A DNA stretch of 64,000 nucleotides from Centroscyllium fabricii. Its lineage: Eukaryota. The translations under genes and the position numbers were made by a program. Shown here piece after piece: positions 52,300-61,415 of the stretch. Numbering within the stretch: position 1 is the first letter of the stretch; every line of letters begins with the position of its first letter. The stretch spans positions 282,410,001 through 282,474,000 of the forward strand of contig JBNRSN020000005.1 in NCBI GenBank assembly GCA_051313645.2, given 5' to 3'. The notes below the pieces were generated by a model. It saw only the letters and a list, made by a program, of their open reading frames with translations, made no database searches and was not told where the DNA came from.

Positions 52300-53006
52300 G
52301 GGCCAGAAATTTGGGTTGGAGGCTTCCCGCGAGTGCAAGCCTCCAACCCACACTTACGGACCGCGCCTGCCATTCTCCATTCCACCCGCATGGAATTCCG
52401 ATGCGGAGCCCTCCTGAAGTGCCGGCGCACTGTGCTGCTGCATCTGAGTATCAGAGTTAGTGCGAAGCTTCCCGCGGGATCGCGTAGTCTGCGGGGAGCC
52501 AATCGGAGCACAGAATGCTCCATTTATAATTTTGACAGACCTGTCAAACTTATGAATACTACAACCCCAAAACATCATTAAATCTTAAAAAAAAAAATTT
52601 TAAATCACATTTTTAAAAATAACTATCAATTACACAAATTAGCTATTTTAAACAAAAATTTAAAATTTTGAAAAAAATATTTAAAGTATTTAACGGGGCT
52701 CAAAATCAACTTTAAAGTATTTAAAAATGAAAAACCTGTGGAAAAAAATGTTTAAATTGAATTAAATAAAGACTTACCTGCTGAAATCCACCCTTTGCGC
52801 ATGAAAATATCAGCCGTAACTTTTTCAAATACTTACACTGATAAAAACCTGTAAAAAAAATCGGAAGTGCATTGCGTACCCGCTGCCGCGCATGTGAATG
52901 CGTTCCGACCCCTGACCCCTTCTTTCAGGGGATCGGAATTGCCGGTTTTGCACGCATGCGCGGTGCACCGTCGGTACTCACGCGTTGCGGGCCGAATTTC
53001 TGGCCC
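52300..53006. mobile_element. PHIS/Harbinger-group MITE, copy 2
   Basis: TIRs GGGCCAGAAATT / AATTTCTGGCCC; ATT at 52297-52299 and 53007-53009. Confidence 0.9.
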
Positions 53007-53817
53007 ATTAATGGGACTTGGTTCTTGTTTACGTTTTATTTTGAAGCCTTAAAGAGCCTGGTGCACAACATGTACGTAAGGCGTTGAGCATCACAAGCGC
53101 TTGCATTTTTGTACGTGTTCTCAATCATGTAAATCATTAGTTTTCTGGTTATTTCCTGGCAGCACTGTACTTCTTCAAACTGGCTTTCATGGAGGTGTAA
53201 AGGGTGAGAAGTTTGTACGGCCGACTGCCTTTAATATCCATTTATGGCAGGTATATATATTGCATATTCATATTTCTGACTTACCGTAGTGCATCTCTCA
53301 AGGCTTGCCATGTTCTTCTTGATAGCCTCCCAGGTCCAGCAGATTCACAACGCAGAGCTTGACTTGGTTCAATGAATTAGTCTCTTGCCAGGTGGCAGTG
53401 GGGGAAGGGCAGTTGCCCTCGATCCTGATGATGGTATCAACCATCCCCACCCCCGCCTCACTCAATGCCTACCTTCTCGGCCGTATTCCTGAAGTGAAGT
53501 TGTCACGGAAACAGCTGTATTGGGGTAACATGAAATATTTCAATGAAAGATGAAAGACTGGGCTTTCTATCGCATCTCTCACATTGTTAGGATGTCCTAA
53601 AGGACTTCACAGCCAATGAAAGACCTTTGAACTGTAGCCACTCTTGCTATATAGGCAAACACAACAAACAATTTGCGCACTGCAAGGCCTCACAAACAAC
53701 AAATGAGATAAATGACCAGTGGCTCTGTTTCTGGGGTTGTTGGTTGAGGGAGCAATGTTGGCAAGGACACCGGGATCATTTGCTGCTCTTCATCCAATAA
53801 TGGAGCCTTGGGTTAAT

Positions 53818-54583
53818 GGGGAAGATTCTCCCTCTATGCGGTCCAAAGATGTGCGGGTTAGGTTGATTGGCCATGATAAATTGACCCTTATTGTTAGGGG
53901 GATTAAATATGTGGGGTTACGGGGATAGGGTGGGATGTGTGTCAGTGCAGGTTCGATAGGGATCGAGGGATATGGGGACAAGGCAGGGACAGGGTACTGG
54001 GTTTGGATGATCAGCCATGATCTCATTGAATGGCGGAGCAGGCTCGAAGGGCCGAATGGCCTACTCCTGCTCCTATCTTCTATGTTTCTATGTTTCTATG
54101 TATTTGGGTGACCAGTCAGCACAGTGCTCCAGCTGGCTGCCTGCTAAAGCTGGCTAGAGGCCCGGTCCATTATGGGGGCTGAGCCTCATGAACATAGGGC
54201 CAGCGAGCTGTGGACACCTGCCAGCTCTAGGTCGTCGCAATGTCAGGGGGGATGGGGGGCTCGGTCGGCCTCTGGACCTGGAAAAAGATAGGTCCACAGA
54301 GGGGGTCCGGTCTCTGTTTTTATGGAGTCCGGAGGAGCACTCTGCACCTTCCATAAAAGTAAATTAAAACTTACCTTCATGGCTCCTCTGTGGTTGGACT
54401 GCCAGCTGAAACTGGGTGGTACGTGTATTGCTGGGCCTACCAATTCAGGCTGGTATTCTGGATGGCCATCGATAGTTCCTTAGAAGATAGCATCAGTGGG
54501 AATGGGACAGTAAATCATACCCCACCATTATCAGAGTACTACCGTCCTGTTTCCACCCAGCAGGCGGCTTGAAAATCTCCCAC
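53818..54583. mobile_element. Degraded PHIS-type MITE that itself contains a V-SINE
   Basis: Ends GGGGAAGATTCTC ... GAAAATCTCCCAC, flanked by AAT and AAC. Confidence 0.55.
53838..54100 (+). mobile_element. V-SINE (HE1-like) 3' portion, very similar to 27313-27566
   Basis: gtccaaagatgtgcgggttaggttgattggccatgataaattgaccctt...(tttctatg)n. Confidence 0.85.
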
Positions 54584-55019
54584 AACATTGCAACCAAAAG
54601 GCAGCATCTCTAACAATGCAGCACTCCCCTCGTACTGCACTGAGCCATCAACCTAGATTATGTACTCAAGTCTGTAATGGGGCTTAAGCAATAACCTTCT
54701 GAATCAGAGGTGACAGTACAACCACTGAGCTAAGTTGGCACTTAACAAAGGCTACAATGGCTTTTCAACACTTTAAACGGTTACAGGAGATGATTTTTGC
54801 AATGGCATTGCATTGGTTACCCTATTGTGTGATCATCATAGTTCAGACCATCTAGCATTACACAGAAAGAGTAAAACTGTGGGCTCATAATACTGAAGTA
54901 CCTCAAGCAACATTCAATTAACCCTTGATTACTGCTGAAAAACAGCAGCTTCTAAGCTATCTTTCTCTAAGCACACAGCTTGAAAAGCTTGTTCAAACAC
55001 AGAAGTACCATTTTATTAA

Positions 55020-55512
55020 TTCATTCTTGGAATGTGGATACTACTTTCAAGGCCAGCATTTATTGTTCATCCCTAGTTGCCTTTGAGAAGGTGGTGGGCC
55101 TTCTTCTTGAAGCATTGCAGTCCATGTGGTGAAGGTGCTCTCACAATGCTGTTCAGTAAGGAGTTCCAGCGACCATGAAGGAACAGTATTATATGTCCAA
55201 GTTGGAATGATGTGTGAGTTGGAGGGGAACTTGGAGGTGATGGTATTCCCATGCACCAGCTGCCCTTGTCCTTCTAGGTGGTGGAGGTCATGGGTTTAGG
55301 AGGTGTGCACGAGAAGCCTTGATGATTTGCTGAAGTAGATAGTACATACTGCAGCCCCAGGTGGAGGGAGCAGACGTTTAAGGTGGTGGATGGGCTGCCG
55401 ATCAAGCGGACTGCTTTGTCTTGGTTGGTGTTGAGCTTCATGAGCTGTTGTTGCAGCTGCACCCAGCCAGGCAACTGGAGAGTATTCCGTCACACTCCTG
55501 ACTTGTCCCTTG
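55020..55512 (-). mobile_element. Older 3' fragment of the Zenon-like LINE
   Basis: Homologous to 45150-45650 (caaggccagcatttattg..., ggagagtattcc.tcacactcct). Confidence 0.8.
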
Positions 55513-55587
55513 TAACAGAAAGAAGGGCAACAGGCTCAGGAATTCAATTGTACTAAACTAGACCACATCACCCAAAGCGGAATATAT

Positions 55588-56003
55588 ACTGGAGAAGTTG
55601 GGGTTGTTCTCCTAAGAGTAAAGAAGGTTAAGAGGAGATTTGACAGAGGTGTTCAAAGTCATGAATGGTTTTGATAGAGTAAATAAGCTTCCAGTGGCAG
55701 AAGGGTCGGCAACCAGAGGACACAGATTTAAGGTGATTGGCAAAAGAACCAGAGGCGACATGCAGAAGCATTTTTTTACACAGCGAGTTGTTGTGATCTG
55801 GAATGCACTGCCTGAAAGAGTGGTAGAAGCAGATTCAATAGCAATATTCAAAAGAGAATTCGATAAATACTTGAAGGGAAAGTAATTTACAGCTTATGGG
55901 GAAAGGGCAGGGGAGTGGGACTAAAAGAACCAACAGAGGCACGTTGGGCCAAATGGAAACCTGTGCTGTATCATTCGATAATTCTATGATTCTATTATTC
56001 TAT
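55588..56003 (+). mobile_element. CR1 LINE 3' fragment
   Basis: EVFKVMNGFDRVN...FFTQRVVVIWNALPERVVEADS; tail attctatgattctat. Confidence 0.88.
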
Positions 56004-56571
56004 ACACCTCGCAGACTTCCAAAACTCCCCCCCACCCCCAATTTCCTGTGAGGCAGACTGAGCAGGTGATGGGCATTTGGGTAGCAGGTGACAGTCCAGA
56101 GGTGGAAACACTGACTGTGCCAACAATGAGTTAGTCAAGAAAGGAACCCCGCAAAATCGTGGGCATCAGAGCAGTGGGACGAAACTGAAAACTGACAATA
56201 AAACTGAAAAAATGAAAACGGCAGCAGCAGCAAAAGTCAGCAGCCACTGAAGCAAGCAGGACAGCACCACAGGCAGCACGTGGGGGAAGATTCAAAAACA
56301 GGCAGGGGAGACCCCGATGGAGAAGTGCATATTGTGTGGAACGAAAATTGAGTGTTGAGGTTTGCTGTGTGTCACTCATTGGGAGAAATTAAGACTCAGC
56401 TTCCCCCAGTTATGAGCCAAATGATAAAGACAAAAAAAGGGAGGGGGAGGAGCTGTAGGAACACATGTTGACAAATAATTACATAGCCAGTAGAGCAGGT
56501 CAGAGGTTGGGTATTCTGTGGTGAATGGCTCACCTCCTGATTCCCCAAAGCCTCTTCACCACCTGCAAGGC

Positions 56572-56749
56572 ACCCTTTGTAACAATTTTGGCCGAAACGG
56601 GTGATAACGAATCGACAGCTGGTTTTACTGCCCGTCCTATTGTTTTTTTCTATAGACTTCAATGGAAAGAAAAATCGTGCGGGGAGTAAAATGGTCTGTT
56701 GATTCGTTATCGTCTGTTTTTGATACAGCTGAGGATGAATTTCACCTCC
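56572..56749. mobile_element. Palindromic MITE remnant next to a short LINE fragment (56480-56571)
   Basis: Arms gataacgaatcgacag..ttttact..cccg / cggggagtaaaa..ctgttgattcgttatc; ends gaatttcacctcc followed by ATT. Confidence 0.6.
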
Positions 56750-57229
56750 ATTATAACCTGCAATTCAATACAAATGAGGGGGTCTCCTGATAATGTGATC
56801 AGGAGCTGGGAGCAGTGCCTGATAGGCTGATCACCTGTTTAAATCACACATTGCTGTTAAATGGGCATTGTGAACCTTGCTGTATATCTATGTGTAACAT
56901 TGTTTCTGCACCGCTTTGACCTTGTAGTACAAGGGAAATGCTTGGAATTAGTCGTAGACTTCCTGATTGCTATCTAAAGCTATACTGACTCTTTTGTCAC
57001 TGACTGTTGCTATAGCTATAGTTGTTAGACAGCTCTATACCTTCCAGGTATGGATATTCCTCTGGGCATACTACTCTATTTGCATTTTCTGAAGAAGGAG
57101 GATGGGGATCAGGGGAGCCATGAAAGACAGGTGAGATTGCACCTTAGACACTCCCTGCAGACATGTCCTTACACTGACAATCATGTATATGGGGCTAAAC
57201 CATTTTATCTTTACCTGTAATGAAGAGAT

Positions 57230-57570
57230 TTGCCAGTGCAGGCTTCGATTCATAGGAAGCCATCACTGAACTCTGCACACTCTTGCAGCCATACATCAGA
57301 GACCAGTTACAGCACAGGGAAAGCTTTGCCTGCACCTGTCAAAGTTACAACTGCTTTGGCCTTTTATGTGCGGGAGATCTCGGTCACATCTCCCAACTTT
57401 AGACCCCAAATCGTATCCAGCTGGTAGCTAATGCATTGTTTGCCAGGGATTTCACCATGTTCCCCATAGAAAGCAGCCAGTAACAAGAAAGAGTCCTATA
57501 CCTTTACCACGTGGCAGGACTCCCACATGTGCAGACCATCATCAATTCCATTCGTGGCCATATGTGCCCC
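57230..57570 (+). pseudogene. Degraded PIF/Harbinger transposase fragment
   Basis: AITELCTLLQP, GKALPAPVKVTTALAFY and LYHVAGLPHVQTII in shifting frames. Confidence 0.65.
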
Positions 57571-57649
57571 TAATCTAAAAGGGCGCGGGATTCCTCAGTA
57601 TTCTCATGGAAAAAGGCAGGCAGCGATAATATGGAACCATTCATGGGGC

Positions 57650-59200
57650 TGTTACGCCTATGTTATTAGGAGGACGAATAACGACAGACGCAGGTTAATG
57701 TTCTAAACGGGGTGATGTTTACTGTGTATGGTAAAATCACAACTTAACCATTGGCGCTCCTCGCGCCAACTTATTTACATGTAGCTCACAGAGAGTCTAG
57801 TAGAGGACTAAACAGAAACTACTCACACAAGCTTATATACACGACATTGGCTGGTAAGGGTACTGCAGCCTGGTGGCATCACATGATACAGTGCCCAGCA
57901 CCATCCTTAAAGGCACAGGCAATCGGATAGCACCGGGGTGATATAGAGAGGTGATGCCAAGGTAGAGTCTAGCATCATCAGTACATAGGTGTATGTTGTC
58001 CATACACCACAGGGGCCACTCAGGAAATCTCCCGATATCACATATGGCCAGTCCACCCTTGAATACGCCCCATGTATCTCCAGGGTTTAGGATGAAACAA
58101 ACCGTCAGCATTGTTAAGCAGCGATTCCGATGCCTGGACCGATCGGGAGAGTTCTACAGTGTAACCTAGTCAAGACCAGTAAGATTATTGTGGGCTGATG
58201 TGTCTTCCACAACTTTCCTTTGGGAAGGGGTCTAATAATGGAGCAGCAGGAGAAGGATGCCAACCATGAGGGAGCAGAATTGGCTGCGGAATGAACTGTG
58301 GCGATTGTTGAAATCATCAGACCGTATAATAGCACAAACATTTCAATAATAACCTTTGCTGACCAATGCACAACCGTCCTCCACACGTGTTCGATCCCCA
58401 TCCACATACAGCTTCCCCTCCATTGGATCAGCTGTATATCAGCATCAATTAATGCGATGTAATTTCTCCCCACCAACCCAAGGTATCTCAGAATGGAGGG
58501 AAGTGCAACCCTCTGCACCCAAGGATCCCCTGCCGAATGTTGTATTATTGGATGTCCAATGTCAATATTGTTGTTACCTTGTCTCCATCATCAAATGCAA
58601 TTTCCCTGACTGTTCCTTATGACCAGGAATCTATTATATTTGACAGCTGCCTATCGTTAGTTAAAATGGGCTGAGCAATAAACAGCAGAGGGCCTGCTCC
58701 ACCAGTGGAAGAATGGCAGAGTGAGTATTGGGGACTTATGCTCCTGACCCCACAAGAGTTTCTAAGGTCAGGGCAGGTCACCTCATTTACAAGATTCTGG
58801 AAGGTACCTGCACCACTATGGATGCACCAAAGGGACCTTGGCCAGTTGCTTGCCATCGTTTCCAAATCGGCCTCCTTTATATGCAGCCTGATAGTTCCAC
58901 ATCCTGTCAGCTTTCCAACGGGGCGGATCCAAACTAGAATCCAGTCCTGGGCCTGCAGGTGTGCTCCACCTCTGCCGCTCCAATAGCCTGTTTGCTGGGT
59001 TCATCCCAATGTCCAGCTTGCTGGATGTTAGAGAGGATAATGCTGCGGAGATTTCCAGTCTGGGTATTTGCTCCCTGCTGCCCTGTCTTCTCTGCTGTCA
59101 GAAGGCATGTTTGGGGCACTCCCAGCCAACTTACCCTAGGAGTATACCACTGGCCTTGTGGACATTCGGGGCTCACATGTTCATGGCCATGATGTCTTTC
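57650..59200 (-). mobile_element. Heavily degraded Gypsy-like LTR retrotransposon relic
   Basis: Minus-strand motif remnants in gag-RT-integrase order: GH...ECP (zinc knuckle), HSGAGTFQNLVNEV (RT), PLPKGK...IILLV and YLGITSLYHP (integrase). LTR-like end at TGTTA, 57650. Confidence 0.55.
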
Positions 59201-59384
59201 GTTGTTTGTTACTGACTGGCCCATAATAAAAAGTACTACATGATGTCAGAATTGAAAGTAATTCACTCTGAATCTACTAAAAAGTTTTGGATGCTAATTC
59301 AAATGAAAACAAGGAACATCCAAAGGTGGAAAAGCCAATCTCCTACAGTTCCATATGCTTTTCAGCTGAATGGATATTCTACTT

Positions 59385-59875
59385 CCAAAACTTGGCTGCC
59401 CGTGTCCTAATTCACATGAAGTCCCGTTCACACATCACCCCTGTGCTCGCTGGCCTACATTGGCTCTCAGTTAGGCAATGCCTCGAACTCAAAATTCTCA
59501 TCCTTGTTTGCAAATCCCTCCATGGTCTCGCCCCTCCCGATCGCTGTAATCTCCTCCAGCCCCACAACCCCCCGAAATATCTGTGCTCCTCTAATTCTTC
59601 CCTCTTGAGCATCCCTGATTATAATCACTCAATCATTGGTGGCCGTGCCTTCTGTTGACTAGGCCCTAAGCTCTGGAATTCCCTACCTAAACCTCTCCAC
59701 CTCGTTACCTCTCTTTCCTCCTTTAAAACACTCCTTAAAACCTACCTCATCCTGCCCTAATTTTTCCTTTTGTGGCTCGGTGTTAAAAGTTTTGTCTTAT
59801 AATACTCCTGTGAAGCACCTTGGGACGTTTTAATACATTAAAGGTGCTATATAAAGGCAAGTTGTTGTTGTTGTT
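59385..59875 (+). mobile_element. L2-clade LINE 3' end
   Basis: QNLAARVL...HITPVLAGLHWL...KILILVCKSLHGLAP...GGRAF; tail (gtt)n. Confidence 0.88.
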
Positions 59876-60429
59876 ATCCTGTATGGGATTGATTCAGCTT
59901 GAAAACTTCTCTGTGTTGGCTGAGTGAGTGGTTCCTGAAATAACGCTGAAGTTTTTGGGCAAGACATTGAAGTTCATTTATTTCTTTATTTAAGAGAGTT
60001 TGGGGTAAAAATAAATTAAAAATAAAAAGCTTAACAGGATTTTAAAATCGGATATAAAAGGGGCGGGACTTAGTGCATCTGCGCGGAGTGCGGCGGCGGA
60101 GAGTGCAGACGGGAGTTTGGGCTCTGGGAGTTCGGGCAAGTGGGGGTTTTCTGGTGTCTGTTGTGTTTCTGTCTGTTTTTCCTTTTCTTTCCTTTCCTTC
60201 CCTTGTTCACAGGTTCACAGGTTTGCCACGCATTGCGGAGGAGCTGTGGACCGGACAGGCTGAGCAGACTTATTTACCACCAGCCAGCCAAGCTAGTAGG
60301 TGATTTACTGCTGGGGTGAGTACTTTCCCGTTTTATAAGTGGTAAGCTTAAATAAATAGGGGTGTGTTTTCAATATAGTTAATCCGGGTAGAGGATTCTT
60401 AACTAGGAACTAATAATTAATTATATAAG

Positions 60430-61383
60430 ATGGGCGAGCAGGTGATGTGCCAATACTGCCAGATGTGGGAATACGTAGACACCATTGATGTCGTCGATCC
60501 CTACACCTGCGGTAAGTGTTTGAGGCTAGAGGAACTCGAGCTCCGTATTGATGAGCTGGAGACCCAGCTTCATACGCTGCGGGACATCAGGGAGGGGGAG
60601 AATTACCTGGATAGTTTGGTCCGGGAGATGGGCACACCAACAAGTTTAAATAATTCTGAAGTTAGTGAGCAAGGACAGGAAGGTGTGTCCATGAGCAAGG
60701 CAGGTATGGGGATCCAGGAGGAGGTGCTGCAGGAGCCACAGCCCTTGTACTTGCCGAACAAGATCGAGGCTCTTACTCACTGTGAGGAGAGGAACGGGGG
60801 CTGTGGGACGGATGAGCAACCTGGCCACAGCACCGTGGATCAGGGGGCAATTCAAGAGGGAGGAGTTAGAGGAAATGTTGTAGTGGTAGGGGATAGTATT
60901 ATTAGGGGGATAGATAGGGTTCTCTGTAGCCGACAGAAGGAGTCCCAAAGGCTGTGTTGCCTGCCCGGTGCTAGGGTTAAGGACATCTCTGCTGGGCTGG
61001 AGAGAAATTTGCAGTGGGAGGGGGCGGATCCAGTGGTCGTGGTCCATGTCGGTACCAACGGCATAGACAGGACGAGGATAGAGGTTCTGTTAAGGGAGTT
61101 TGAGCTGTTAGGGAACAAATTAAAAAACAGAACCTCCAGGGTAATAATCTCCGGATTACTACCTGAGCCACGGGCTAAATTGGCGAGGGTAAATAAAATT
61201 AGAGAGCTAATTGCGTGGCTCAAAGACTGGTGTGGGAAAAATGGGTTTGGTTTCTTGGGACACTGGCATCAGTACTGGGACAGGGGGGAGCTGTTACGTT
61301 GGGACGGACTTCACCTGAACCGTGCTGGGACTAGGGTCCTGGCAAATCATATAACTAGGGCAATAGAGAGGTCTTTAAACTAA
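60430..61383 (+). CDS. CR1 ORF1p: zinc finger/leucine zipper plus SGNH esterase domain
   Basis: CQYC...CGKC, heptad LEELELRIDELETQL, and esterase blocks GDS, PGA, GTN and DGLH; 317 aa. Confidence 0.93.
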   Translation: MGEQVMCQYCQMWEYVDTIDVVDPYTCGKCLRLEELELRIDELETQLHTLRDIREGENYLDSLVREMGTPTSLNNSEVSEQGQEGVSMSKAGMGIQEEVLQEPQPLYLPNKIEALTHCEERNGGCGTDEQPGHSTVDQGAIQEGGVRGNVVVVGDSIIRGIDRVLCSRQKESQRLCCLPGARVKDISAGLERNLQWEGADPVVVVHVGTNGIDRTRIEVLLREFELLGNKLKNRTSRVIISGLLPEPRAKLARVNKIRELIAWLKDWCGKNGFGFLGHWHQYWDRGELLRWDGLHLNRAGTRVLANHITRAIERSLN

Positions 61384-61415
61384 GTAGCCGGGGGGAGGTT
61401 TTAAGAGAGATAATA

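Larger units (their letters stand above)
53553..54740 (-). mobile_element. Old Deu-SINE split by a MITE (53818-54583)
   Basis: 3' part 53553-53817 and 5' part 54584-54740 (gcagcactcccctcgtactgcactg, tRNA-like head) are homologous to 26378-26720. Confidence 0.72.
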
